From assembly GCA_965113315.1 (NCBI GenBank), contig OZ220364.1: a DNA stretch of 64,000 bases; one strand, written 5' to 3'. Origin of the DNA: Podarcis vaucheri. Its lineage: Eukaryota. Positions 1-12,390 of the stretch are shown one piece after another; within the stretch, counting starts at the first letter, position 1; each line of letters begins with the position of its first letter. The notes below the pieces were generated by a model. That model did not search any database. It was not told the DNA's origin and saw nothing but the letters and a program-made list of their open reading frames with translations. A program made the translations under genes and the position numbers.

Positions 1-1575
1 TTCCACAGCAGCAGCACCACCCACTCATCCAACCAACCAACCACAATGGCTATAGACCTAAAATATGTTCTTGCGGTTCAATCCTGTATGCTCATTGTCT
101 CTGTATGAGAAGTACAAGGCACCAGAAAAATGCCTAAGCCTGTTGAGTTCGTTTTATATAAAATATTTTCCAGAGAGCCAAGCAACCTTTATCCAAGGGG
201 CCTTTGTGTCACACTTTTCCCCGTTAAATGCATCCAGTCACACGGTTTTGGTACAGTGGATAATCAGCCTCATATGCATTCTAAGGAAGCTGAAATTCTG
301 ACTTTTCTGCTAATATATTTCACCTGATAAAATGGGAAAGGGGGAAATGTACAGATGAATAAAAATAGAAAATGGGCATCCTGGGCATGGTGCCTTAGAT
401 TTTCAAGAATAGAACTGGCTAGGCTTCTGGCATGGCTCTGGGCAGCCAGAGTCTCAGCAGGGGATCTGAGGGGAAGGAATTAGGCAAAGCTGTGTTGTGC
501 CTGGTGAGAAAATCACTGTTGGACCCTGTGTGAGCCTCCTTTCTCTTTTCTTACATGCATTCTTTGCATAGAGAGTTCATGGAACATTGTACTTTATGGA
601 TTGATTATATGTTTCGTGCTTTCTACCATTGGCCTCCGAAGGGTGGTAGTGAGGCCAAAGCAAAGTCCCTCCCCCTCTTTTATTTGAAAAGCTTTGAATA
701 CCATATGCCACTAATTCAAAGTGATTGGCAGCACATATCTTTGAACAGGAAGGCTAAACACTCAGATGTAAATTTTCCTTGTATTCATTCCCTAGGCAAA
801 AAGCTTCAGCTGTGAATTAGGTAACTTATTAGAGAAAATTCTTCTGGTGGCTTGTCTGGTCTCTTGCTCAAACAATACAGCCACAGCCTCAAAGTGAAAA
901 ACACACAACACTCCTGCCTAATTTAGTTAAATCATGATGAGTTTATCTAGATAAGAAAGAGATAAGATTTCTAATCAGTCAGACTGTCTGCACAATTAGC
1001 AAAATAAAGATTGCAGATATTGGGTGCTAAAGCTTCTGTCAGTATGTCCTGACCTCTTGCAGGTGCCCAGGAGAACATTTCTAGGGCCTCTAGTTTCTAG
1101 AGGCAAAAAACTGTTATGCAAACAAAGTGTACAGTACTTCAATGCCAATCTTGTACCCTCAGATAGCTGTACAGAAGAGCTTCTTTCAAATGGGGAATAA
1201 GTTAATAATCTCTGCCCAGCTTGCAGTGTCGGGAGAGCATTCCTGTAGGTCTCAGCAGCCTACTGTAACAATTTGGGAAAACAATTGGAAGATAAAATTG
1301 CTCAGATTTGTGTGTGTACAATTACATAGTGGATAGTAATTGCAGTCATAGTAGATAGCTCGATGAAGATGTGGGCCCAGTGTGCAACGGTCATGAAAGA
1401 GGCAAATTCCATGCTGGGTATCATTAGGAGGTGAATTGAAACTAAAACTGCCATTATCATTATGTTTTTATACAAATCTGTGGTGCGACAGCATCTGGAG
1501 TACTGTGTATACTAAAAAGGTAAAGGTAAGGACCTCTGACTGTTAAGTCCAGTCACGAACGACTCTAGGGTTGCG

Positions 1576-2398
1576 ACGAGAACATCGTGAAAATGTTTTT
1601 TAGATGGTACTTGTTAAGTTGTGGCTGAACATATCAGATGACGCAGCGATTTCTCCAAAGCAGCTCTTTATTTGTAAGCTGGAACAGAACTGAACGGCAA
1701 AAAGCTCAGCCAACTGACGTGGACCTGAGTGAAAACAATATACCTGATACCCCTGGTGACCAGGGTGAGAACTTCAATACATAACAGTTCCGGACACTAT
1801 CGAAACTAGCCAAAATTTACAAATTAAAATCCAACCTATGTTGGAAGTGTCAAGAATTGGAAGGGACAATGTACCATGTCTGGTGGAGCTGCAAAAAGAT
1901 AAAACGTTTCTGGGATACTATAGATGAAGAAATAAAAAAGATTTTAAAGAGTCCCATAGAAAAGAAACCCGAGGCCTACCTATTGGGTCTTTTGGGAAAA
2001 GATATTCCACAAGAAAAGAAAGTAATCTTCCTGTATGCTACAACAGCTACCAGAACAGTATTAGCCAGCAAATGGAAAAGTGAATTGATTCCCTCCAAAG
2101 AGGAGTGAATATGTAAAATGAGTAACTATATACATTTGGCAAAACTAACAGCAGCCAAAAGATCACAGTCAAATCAAAAGTTAAGACTACAATGGAAATG
2201 CTTTGAAGATTATATAGATAAACTGTCCACAAAATAATACATTGATATGTATAGATTAAGACTGTAGAATTTATAAGAAGAATGATGTGTAAATGAGATA
2301 TGAAAGAAATTCAGATAAGAAATGCAATGTAAGGATTTAACATAATATAAAACAGAAATCGAGGTGTGGTGGACGGGAGTCAAGGGTGGGATTATATA
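1576..2398 (+). mobile_element. L1 LINE 3' fragment (ORF2 cysteine-rich C-terminus plus part of 3'UTR)
   Basis: ENIVKMFFRWYL|TLSKLAKIYKLKSNLCWKCQELEGTMYHVWWSC (CCHC motif); track ORF 1857..2108. Confidence 0.85.
1612..1786 (-). mobile_element. Short, internally deleted solo LTR inserted in the L1 fragment
   Basis: TGTTA...TAACA termini; minus-strand AATAAAGAGC; interrupts the L1 frame between RWYL and TLSK; degenerate 5-bp TSD (GTACT/GTTCC); minus-strand start TGTTATGTATTGA resembles the LTR at 53598. Confidence 0.7.
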
Positions 2399-3329
2399 TA
2401 CAGGCCAAGGGAGTCGGGGTTTGTCCGCAGACAGTTTTTCCAGGTCATGTGGCCAGCATGACTAAGCCGCTTCTGGCGAAACCAGAGCAGCGCACGGAAA
2501 CGCCTTTTACCTTCCCGCCGGAGCGGTACCTATTTATCTACTTGCACTTGGACGTGCTTTCAAACTGCTAGGTTGGCAGGAGCTGGGACAGAACCGCTGA
2601 CCTTCTGATTGGCAAGCCCAAGGCTCAGTGGTTTGCACCTCAGCACCACCCGCGTCACTTAATCTCAAAATGGATATTGCAGAGCTGGCAAATGTTCAGA
2701 AAAGGGCCACCAAAATAATGGCTGGGATGAAGCAACACCCCTATGAAGAAAGGCTGCAGCATTAAGGACTTTGTAGTTTAGAGAAAAGGTTAATAAAGGC
2801 AACATGATAGAAGATTATAAAATTATGCATGGCATGGAGAAGTGACAGAGAAAAGTTGTCGTCCCGCCCCGCCCCCCCCCCCCCGCGCCCCCGTCTCATA
2901 ACACTAGAACTCATGGACATCCAATGAAGCTGAATGTTGGAAGATTTAGGACAGGTAAAAGGAAGCACTTCTTCATGCAGCAACTATGGAACTCACTCCT
3001 GCAGGAGGCAGTGATGACCACCAACTTGGAGGCCTTAAAAGAGGATTAGACAAATTCATGGAGGAGAGGGCTATCAACGGCTACAAGCCATGATGGCTGT
3101 GCTCTACCTCCACAGTTGGAGGTAGTAATTATTGCTGGAAACCATGGGAGGGGAAAGTGCTCTTGTACTCATGTTCTGCTCCCTTGTTCCTCACAGATAT
3201 CTGATTGACCACTGTGAGAACAGGATGCTGGACTAGATGAGCTATTGGCCTGATCCATCAGGCTATTCTCCAGAGAATCAGTTTTTAATTGTTGTTGATG
3301 ATGTGGAGATGCTGCTTGTATCTGTGGGA

Positions 3330-4862
3330 TGCATGTGGACAGCCTGCTTGTATGAGCTAACCAGGTACCTCCTCGCTTCTTGATCATTGTGGCTTATTAA
3401 AAACCAGCTGAGGGAATTGACAGGCTGGGTTAATGATGCCTCACTACGAGATGGTGAGCTGCCACCTGCCTTGAAAGAGTGCTCCCTCCATAAGAGGATC
3501 TCACCAGCCACAGAACTGTTAAATAACAAATAAATATCACCCAGTTGTAAATATACCCTCCATAGGCAAGGTGCTCAAGAGGGTAGCAGTGACACAGCTG
3601 TAGGCATGCTTGAAGAAAGTGGATTGTCTGGATTCATTTCAATCTGGCTTTAGGCTGAGATTTAGAACCAAAACTGGTTGATGACTTGTGGTGGGGAAGA
3701 GAGAGACAGGAAGAGTGCAACTCGGTTTATTCTCCTTAACTTCTCCCTGTTTTTTGATACAGTTGGCCATGGGTGTGGTAAGAACCATGGTTATGCTACT
3801 TAGGAGACTGGTTCCAGTCAAAGCAATGGAGGACACTGTTCAGCACCATGGAAATATATCTGTCCTGTCCTGCCATACTCCCATCTTTCACCCAGTTTAA
3901 CATCCTTATGAAGCTGTAGGAAGCTGTCATCAGGGCATTTGGAGTGATCAGCATGCTGATCATACACAGATCTATCTCCATTCCATCTGAATCAAGAGAG
4001 GCAGTTCAGGTTCTTGACCAATGCTTGGATGTAGTAATGGGCTGCATGAGGGCCAATAAATTGAACTTGAATCCAGACAAGATGGAAAGGTTATGTGGTC
4101 TGGGTTATTGAGTCTGGAAGTCTGTCTTACTTGGGTCACACTTTCCTGGAAAGGGCACATCTGTAGCTTTGTCCAGCTTTATAATTTGAGGCCATATTTG
4201 GCAACGGGTCCCTATTTCCAGTTGCAGCTGGTTCACCAGCTATGGACTGTACCAGAAAAATAAGGCTATGCAATTGTATCCTAGTAACCTTCCATCTGGA
4301 TTACTGCAATGTATTGTATGTGGTGCTTTCCTTGAAGATGGGTTGGAAGCTGCAATTAGAAGCAGAATGCAGCTGAATACATGCAAGTATGAGTGGGAGA
4401 TCTCATGCAATTCCTATTATGGGAGAACTGCACTGGCTGCCTGTTTGCTTCCATTTAAGGTTTGCCTTTGGCATATGAAGCCTACACAACTTGGGTCTCA
4501 CATACCTGAAAGATCCACTCCACTTACACAACTCATCACAATTGGGAGCTGTGTTCATTGGGGGAGGGGGCTCTGTTAGAAGCTGTTCATCCTCAGGGGT
4601 TCAAAGTGTGGCTGAAGGTGTAAGACCCTTCTTCGTAAAGGTCCCCAAGATCTGTAACTTCCTCCCTCTGGATGCACATTTAAATTGTACACGTTTTGGC
4701 AGCATGCTATGATGCATCTTTTTCACCTAGGCTTTGAGAATGACTGAATGTGAGTTTTCCTCTCTGTATCTGACACTGTATTGCTTTTACTTTGGACTGG
4801 TGTTTTATCCTTTTTATTTTAGATATGATTGTATTTTTAGTCTTCTTAGATCATACCTTGGG

Positions 4863-4901
<39 letters not shown>

Positions 4902-4950
4902 GGGCAGGTAGCAAATATTTATAATAATCAATATCAAATAAAAATAAATA
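3330..4950 (+). mobile_element. Highly decayed L2 LINE (ORF2 RT region to 3' end)
   Basis: Remnants such as ..SLWLIK.., PVVNIPSIGKVLKRV, DSFQSGFRL, LNLNPDK, SHLDYCN..LHWLP; A-rich 3' end. Confidence 0.65.
4865..4898. repeat. (GT)17 microsatellite
   Basis: Read directly. Confidence 0.95.
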
Positions 4951-5247
4951 TCAAATAATCAAGAGGCAAGGTTCCTGCAGGAAAGTATTTAATTAAGAGG
5001 AAAAACATTGTATTTACTTCTGCTTATTAACTCTGCAGCCGTTGCTCATTGATATTGCTGCCCATGGCTCCTGTTTCCTGTTGCCAGCTCTTGAAAAGCA
5101 AAATTTTCCTACCTGGCTTGGATGCAAGAGGAAAGGGAGAAGCAGAGCCAGGTGGAGTAATGGGCAGTATCTGACAGCATTAATAGTGGAGACCATTAAT
5201 AGTGGAGACCATGTATGTCTCTTAAAAATAGTGGAGACCATCTATGT

Positions 5248-5731
5248 CTCTTAAAAAGCTGAGACATCACCTTGCCAACAAAGGTCTGTATAGTTAAAGC
5301 CATGGTTTTCCCAGTAGTGATGTGTGGAAGTGAGAGCTGGACCATAAAGAAGGCTGATCGCCGAAGAATTGATGCTTTTGAATTATGGTGCTGGAGGAGA
5401 CTCTTGAGAGTCCCATGGACTGCAAGAAGATCAAACCTCTCCATTCTGAAGGAAATCAGCCCTGAGTGCTCCTGGAAGGACAGATCCTGAAGCTGAGGCT
5501 CCAATACTTTGGCCACCTCGTGAGAAGAGAAGACTCCCTGGAAAAGACCCTGATGTTGGGAAAGATGGAGGGCACAAGGAGAAGGGGACGACAGAGGACA
5601 AGATGGTTGGATAGTGTTCTCGAAGCTACCAGCATGAGTTTGACTAAACTGCGGGAGGCAGTGGAAGACAGAAGTGCCTGGCATGCTCTGGTCCATGGGG
5701 TCACGAAGAGTCGGACACGACTAAACAACAA
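5248..5731 (+). mobile_element. Bov-B (RTE clade) LINE, 5'-truncated 3' fragment
   Basis: KAMVFPVVMCGSESWTIKKADRRRIDAFELWCWRRLLRVPW..LQYFGHLVRREDSLEKTLMLGK; ends GAGTCGGACACGACTAAACAACAAC; probable TSD CATGTAT; 1-nt frameshift relative to the copy at 44748. Confidence 0.95.
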
Positions 5732-6954
5732 CATGTATTTGGGGACAAAGGCCAGAATTAAAGAGACAGAACCCATAGAGTGTTCAAGTATTCAATGTGC
5801 TTACAAATACCCTGCCACCAGGCAGTAGTACATCTAGGCATCATAGCAGGTTAACATAGGTCATCCAAACCCTAAACCAAAACTTTTAGTGAAATGTGCC
5901 TAGCTGTTTTGCAATGGGCACAGAGCAAGAATTAAAAGTGCATAATTCAGTGATATGAGAGTACCCTGTGGGAGGCATGAAGTGTGTGTGTACACACCAA
6001 CACCCCTACAGTATGAGCACAAGGAGTGTGGACTTGTGCACAAACTGATTTGGCCAAATGAGCCAACTTTAAACCACTTTATGATCCTGGCTTGTTAGAA
6101 TAAACCAAATTTAAAACTTACCGCACTACCTAGTTTGATCATAAAAGTAACTGTTTCCCCAAAACAGAAGTAAACTGTTTCTGTCCACATGGCTGATTGC
6201 AGCTTAATTATGGCAATGGAGGAAAACTGCATACTGCTCTGTTTTCTCTGCTTCACTTGTTGTTCCTTTCTGCTTTACTCTGCCTTGACCCAGTTGCACC
6301 CTCTCTAAATCAAAGCTGCAAGCAAAGATGAAATGCCCATGACTCATAGGCCAAAGCAAGTTTTGGGCAAACTACAGTGTATTATTTTCATCAAGTAAAA
6401 TTGAAATGCCTTTATTTGGTAGGTAGCCACAAATATTAATATTCAAGGAATGATGAGACTAGTGTTTAGCATGCTTATATCCAGGTTATTCATATTAACC
6501 TAGCTATTACACATGAGTAGCACCCTAAATTCCGCTGTTGTTGTTTTTAAAAAACCATACTTTTGTAAACTGCTTTGAGAGTTTTCTTAATGTGTATGGT
6601 ATATAAAAATTGTTACATGTTATGATATTTTTAATGTGTCGGTTTTTAATGTGTGTTGGGGAGCAGCAAAAATTCAGAATAAGGGTAAGTACCAATCAGG
6701 CTGTCCCATGCCTTGAGTTCTCCACTGTTCTGCTGGCACTGCTTTTCAGGCTACAGGCATGGCACTACAAATAAAATTTGAAAGAGAACGAGATAGGAGT
6801 GGAAACTGGCTTTTGCCATCCTTGAATATACAATTTCTGCACATGTAGACTCTGTACACAAATCTACAGAGAGCTCGGGTGTGTGAATTCCTTTATCTTT
6901 CTCCCCCACCTACCATCCAGCCTGCACGCCTGGCTTCAAGACTTTGCTGTCACA

Positions 6955-7470
6955 GAATGCTTGAGGCTCAGGTGGATTGGAGTGCCTTCCATAAACTTTG
7001 GCTGGTGGCCCAGCTGCACCTCATCTGTACAGGGATAGCCTCAGCTCTGCTAACCTCTGGATTAGATGACTGCAATGTGTTATATGTGGGGCTGCCTCTG
7101 CACCTGGTGCAACACTTGGCAGCTTGGTTGCTCCTCAGGGCAAGATAGTTTGACCATATAATGCCAATCCTGGCACCACTGCACTAGCTGCCAATCAGTT
7201 TCCTGGCCCAACTCAAGGTGCTAGTTTTGATCTATAAAGCCTTAAGCAGCTCAAGACCACAATCTTTTGAGGACTGCCTCTCCTCATTTGAACCGAACTG
7301 CACCCTGCAACCATCATCTGAGGCCCTTCTTCATGTGGCTCCTCCACAAGAGGTTTGGAGGGTGGCAACACAAGAGTGGATTTTTTTCTGCAGTGGCTCC
7401 CTCAGGGAGGCTTGCCTGGTGCTTTCAATACATACTGTTAGGCGCCACGTGAAAACATTCCTCTATGATA
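6955..7470 (+). mobile_element. L2 LINE 3' fragment
   Basis: TSGLDDCNVLYVGLPL..DHIMPILAPLH*LP..KVLVLIYKAL; similar to 30553-31090. Confidence 0.75.
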
Positions 7471-8065
7471 GGGTCATCAACTTGCTCCTTGTGGTCCACA
7501 TGCAGTCTGCAAAGCCTTTTTGTGGTGAACCTCAGCAACATTCAAGAATAAAACATCTTAAAGCCTTATAGAAATTATTTTTTGTGTCATGCTAGAATTG
7601 TGTTTGATCCAGCCAGATTGTTTCCATGGTACATATCAGGCTAATGTGGGGACCTGACTGTGGTTACTTTTTTACTGAATATATTGTGTGTCTGGTAAAT
7701 GCGTACCAGACTTGAATCAAGATAGCAGCTAAATGGAATAGGTTGCCTTTGGTTTGATGGTACAATTTCTACCACAAGCAAATTGTCTTGGTTTACAGAG
7801 TATGCACTGCACATAAAAGTGGTCACGGAGCAGTTGCCTTTTTGTGCTTGTTCTGAGTGTGTGAAGCTGTTGTATGAATGGGAACCAACTTTTAACACGT
7901 GACTTTCCACATTTAGTTGGCAGTTTTACAGATTACCTTGTTGTTATACTAATTGTAACACTAGCCAATGTGAAAGGTATCATAATAATTGATAATGATC
8001 CTTGCTTAGCACATTGATAGATTTCTAGCAATTCTTTTGTCCTCTTTCTTTCAAACTTTCTATAG

Positions 8066-8275
<210 letters not shown>

Positions 8276-8295
8276 TAAGCTTATGATAGCTTGTC

Positions 8296-8523
8296 ATACT
8301 GGACTGAATCCTACCTCAGCCCCATTGGCACAAAAGGCCTCCCACGACACAACAGAGCTGCTGCTTCCTCTCCTGTCTCTTCCAGCAACATGTGCCCCCC
8401 AAATCAGCTCCGGGGGGGGGGGCTAAGGGACCCTCCAGAGCAGGTTTTGGTGTGGAGAGGAGAGCATGTGGAAGTCCCTTTGCACCAGCAGATGTCTGCT
8501 ACCACAGCTTTCAATACAACCCA
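8296..8523. mobile_element. About 230-bp palindromic MITE (PIF/Harbinger-like, family unassigned)
   Basis: Ends GGACTGAATCC..ATACAACCC; central inverted core CCAAATCAGCTCC..AGAGCAGGTTTTGG; relatives at about 28080-28250, 41320-41480, 47520-47725, 54058-54284 and 58236-58483. Confidence 0.5.
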
Positions 8524-9021
8524 CTGTATTGAAACTATAATATTATTTAGGCTGAAAGTCTATTCACTATTATCTGGGAGTAAGTTATATTAAAGCCAAA
8601 AGGGCTTACTTCTGAGCAGATGTGTATAACTTCACACTGTTAGTATGAATAAACAAACAATAGCAGTATCTTTCACATATATGAAACTTGTCTTTTGCAA
8701 AACAGCTCAAGATTTCTGGAAAGGCAAGCTCATCTAATCAGTAGAAAGGAATGAGAAATTTATGTACAGTACTGTTTTGGTAAACGCACAAGATGAGGCC
8801 AGCCACAGAAATCATGTAAATGTAAGTTGATAGGGCTGTGATTTGCTATGAAATTGTAAAGTTCATTGTGTTCACAGAATTTAGGCAGCATTTATTTAGA
8901 AACGCTATTCTTGACACTTCTGTTAATGCAGAAATGAATATTTACCCGCATTCAGAGTACAGTGAATTTCAAAGATTCAGAGCCAGCAAATTATAATACC
9001 GTGCTTTTCCCCAAGTACAAG

Positions 9022-9400
9022 CAGGGGTAGTCTGCGGCATTTGGGCACCTGAGGTGAAACACCTCACTCCTACCCCCATGATGAGTTTCTCTTCAAGAGT
9101 TTCTCCTCAAGAAGTTGTTGCAGAGTCTTCCCTACCAGGTGGCAGATGGGAGAGATCAATTTTGGATCCCCTTCACTCACCCAGCAGCAAATTGGAGTGG
9201 GGAGAAAATCTCTCAGTGACAAAGCTGGGTGGTGGATTGCCTCCCCTCTCATTGACTCAGCAGATGGGGAGGTGTTCTGCAGAGCTTTGCTACTGGTCCC
9301 TCTCTGCCCACTGAGGCTGGGCAGACTGGTGGCAAAACTGAGAACAAGGGTGCCACCCGAGGCAGCTGCTTCATCCTGCCTCATAAGCTGGCTGGCTCTG
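9022..9400. mobile_element. Non-autonomous hAT element (Tip100-like)
   Basis: CAGGG...CTCTG termini; 8-bp TSD AGTACAAG/AGTAGAAG. Confidence 0.7.
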
Positions 9401-9969
9401 AGTAGAAGATAGCCTGCTTTTGAGCACAGGAAGCCATTGTACACTGCTGAATCCTCAGTGCCAGTGATAGCCAAATCCTCAGTCACCCAGTGATAGCCAA
9501 ATACCTACTTCAAGGTTTCTGAAGGACTTGTGTCTGTGTGCTCACAGAAATTTCTTTTCTATGAAAAGCTGCCTGTCACATATCACAAAATGTTTGCTTC
9601 AAAATAGTTTGATATGTGTCAACATCTACATGAGAGTAGTGTGGGGAGAAACGTGGCAATGTGGGGCACTTTTATTTTTAATGCATTTATTTGATGCTTA
9701 TTATATAAAATGTCTCAAAGCAACTTACAATTGCAAGCTCTTTAAATCCATTATTTTAATCATGCTGGCATCCTTTTGGATTTGTTTGTTACTTTTACAT
9801 CTCAAATAAAATTATTATTAATGTGGCCTTTTTAAAATGGATTCCAAAGTGCCTGAACTGGTTTGATTCCCCCCCCCTCCCCGCTGCCAGTAATAGGCTG
9901 GGTCTGAAAGTTTTGTACACTGGACTTTATGAATACTAGGTGATTGAAGTATCATTTTAATTTAATTTG

Positions 9970-10060
9970 CAGTACAACCCGTTGCTTGTCTACTCAGAAG
10001 TAAGCCCTATTGAATTCAGTGGGGCTTACACTTAGGAAAGTATGCATAGGACATTTGTGC
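9970..10060. mobile_element. About 90-bp palindromic MITE (Harbinger-like)
   Basis: Core AAGTAAGCCCTATTGAATTCAGTGGGGCTTAC; relatives at 8549-8640, 25121-25212, 25892-25978, 29625-29712 and 48025-48108. Confidence 0.6.
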
Positions 10061-11117
10061 ATACTGCTCTTATAGATTTTGCTGCTTTAGTGTATTTTTT
10101 GTTTATTTTTAACTTGGCTTATTTGGATCTGAAATTTTATAAATTTTGGGAATTTGATTGAAGGACAGGGTATGCATCATTTTAATAAATAGGTAAAAAA
10201 AAAAAAAGGCCACCCACTTCACATAGAATTCTTACTTTATGAGTGACCTTTCCTGAACATGGTGTTTTCTAGATGTTTTGGACTAAAATTCCCATTCGCC
10301 CTGGCCATCACAGGTGGAGGGACCAGTTTGAAGAAGACTGATCTAAGGTTATTCCTGCTTTAAAAAAAAATGTATACCAAATACTAGACTGGTTCACACA
10401 TCACAGTGAACCACAGTAAAAAAGGGAAAGGGGGCTTGCTATGCTGTTACAAGCTTATTGGTTGCTCCTGCTTTGCTTTGCTTTGCTCTGCCTGGAGCAA
10501 GGAGAAGCAAAAGCTTTAGCTTAGCATTGCATATGAAAAGTGGACATGCTTTATTACTCTCTGAAGAAACCACTTAAATGAATAGTCAATTAAAGCCTGA
10601 AACACTATGTCATACAACCAAAACTTGCCATGATTCTGCAATGGAGGAATCATTTTATTGTGCTGTCAGAGTAGTGTTCAGCCTTCATTGAGATGCAGTG
10701 GGGAGATGCTTATCATAAGTATTTAAACAATCAAATGACCATTGCACAGTGTTGCTAGCTCTGTAAGAAACTCATCATGCAAAAAAAAAAAAAAGTTTTT
10801 GATTCTGTAAATTGGCCTTTTGAAATACCATCATTATGGTTTACTGATGTGAAAAAAGCTTCAAAACATAGAATTGTAACCTAATCTTGCTTTTGCATTG
10901 TTCAGAGTCAACAGATTCTCCTTACATATAGTTGTACTAGAATACATAATCAGTGGGAATGGAAAAGGTAACGTTTGCTTACTGAAAAGTAGCAAATTGT
11001 TCAAAATTCCGTTGCTGTACTTTCCAGTGAAGCTCATAAGTGCTGTGGTGTGTGTATGTGATTAGTATGTGTTAAAGTACATAGCTATGGTATGCCTTAT
11101 TGAATTACAGAACTTTA

Positions 11118-11670
11118 AGAACATAAGTGGCTGCTTGATCAGGCTAAAAGCCTGTCTAGTTCAGCATCTTGTTCTCATACTGGCCAACCAGATGCCTTTA
11201 GGAAACTAGTGAGCAGTACCTGAGTACAATAACACCATCTCCATTTGGTATAGAAACGTGGGTGGTGCTGAGGTCTAAACCACTGAGCCTCTTGGGCTTG
11301 CCAGTCAGAAGGTCAGTGGTTCAAATCCATGTGATGGGGTGAGCTCCTATTGCTCTGTCCCTGTTTCTGTCAACCTAGCAGTTTGAAAGCATACCAGTGC
11401 GAGTAGATAAATAGGTATCGCTGTGGGGGGAAGGTAAACGGCATTTCCAAGCACTAGCACTCGCCACGGTGTCCCGTTGTGCCAGAAACGGTTTAGTCAT
11501 GCTGGTCATATGACCTGGAAAGCTGTCTGTAGACAAACGCCATCACCCTCAGCCTGAAAAGTGAGATGAGCACCACACCCCATAGTCAACTTTGAGTAGA
11601 TTTAGCCATCCATGGGTCCTTTACCTTTACTTTTTTTACCATTTGGTATTCCCAGCAACTGGTAGGCAGA
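11118..11670 (-). mobile_element. CR1 3'UTR remnant interrupted by a Sauria SINE
   Basis: AGAACATAAG..GATCAGGC..TCTAGTTCAGCATC..GGCCAACCAGATGCC is the reverse complement of the CR1 3'UTR at about 3200-3275; similar remnants at 18985-19132, 20298-20440, 55240-55350 and 56255-56430 (+). Confidence 0.65.
11252..11638 (+). mobile_element. Sauria/Squam1 SINE, full length, older and CpG-depleted
   Basis: tRNA-like head, conserved body, CCTTTACCTTTAC tail; perfect 11-bp TSD CCATTTGGTAT. Confidence 0.92.
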
Positions 11671-12249
11671 ACTGTCTAGCATTCTCAAGATAGCTAACAC
11701 TGTTTCCTAAAGCAGTTCCAACCAATCAGTGAAAAAGTTGGAAAGGTAAGAGTCATCATATGAACTGCAAAAAAATATTCTCTGTGAAAATTTGCCTTCC
11801 CCTATATGCTTCTGTCCACTGATGTTGTCTGGCAGAGTTTTTCACATTTTCTTCTTTCATGAAAACCTTTGCACGCTGAACAAGAAATATCTACTTGTTG
11901 CAAAGGATTCTGATGATTATTTTTGAGTGCGTACTCTGTTAGGCTGGGTGCTGACTGGGGCCCTTTGGGACATAATATTCATGTCTTGCTAAACCATGTT
12001 GGTCAAGCTGAGATTTCAGCGGGTACTAGGTGCATCACCAAAGTTTACAGCTACTTGGTTTGCTAATAAATCTAGACAGTTCATAATGCTAAAACATATT
12101 AAATCAAGGAGCATTTCACCAAAACTATTTTCTGGCTCAGAACATAAAACATTCTGCACATTGGTGGCAGCATTCAGCAGATCAGATGCCAAAAGGCAGG
12201 TTCTTTGTAGGCACATCCTCAAAGATTCATTAATATTAAACCCACTTCA

Positions 12250-12390
12250 TCGGTGCTATTTTTCTAGAAAAAGAGGTTCTGGAGCTCACCATGAACTTCT
12301 TCCTCTTAGAATGGAAATGGTGCCCACATGAGAGGTGCCGGAGCTGAGCTCTAGTGAGATCCTGCTGCAGGGGGAGGGATGGGGACTGTG
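12250..12390. mobile_element. Decayed hAT-like MITE
   Basis: GTGCTATTTTTCTAGAAAAAGAGG..GAGAGGTGCCGGAGCT subterminal repeats; no TSD resolved. Confidence 0.4.

Larger units (their letters stand above)
1512..2656 (-). mobile_element. Sauria/Squam1 SINE split in two (tail 1512-1575; body and head 2399-2656) by an L1 fragment
   Basis: (AAAGGT)n tail plus GACTCTAGGGTTGCG on the left; body GGTCATGTGGCCAGCATGACTAAGCCGCTTCTGG...CACCACCCGCGTC on the right; collinear with intact copies in this window. Confidence 0.88.
1350..3275 (+). mobile_element. CR1 LINE 3' fragment (ORF2 end plus 3'UTR), split by nested insertions at about 1512-2656
   Basis: Decayed CR1 C-terminal peptide (..ANSMLGII..LYKSVVR.HLEYCV | ..DIAEL..VQKRATK..PYEERLQH..SHNTRTHGHPMKL..FKRGLDKFME) continues across the insertion; 3'UTR ends ..GGACTAGATG..CCTGATCCA.. 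Confidence 0.8.

Noticed and set aside
5196-5828. Overlapping ORFs on both strands, repeated at 44753-45206
   Set aside because: These are Bov-B ORF fragments and their antisense shadows.
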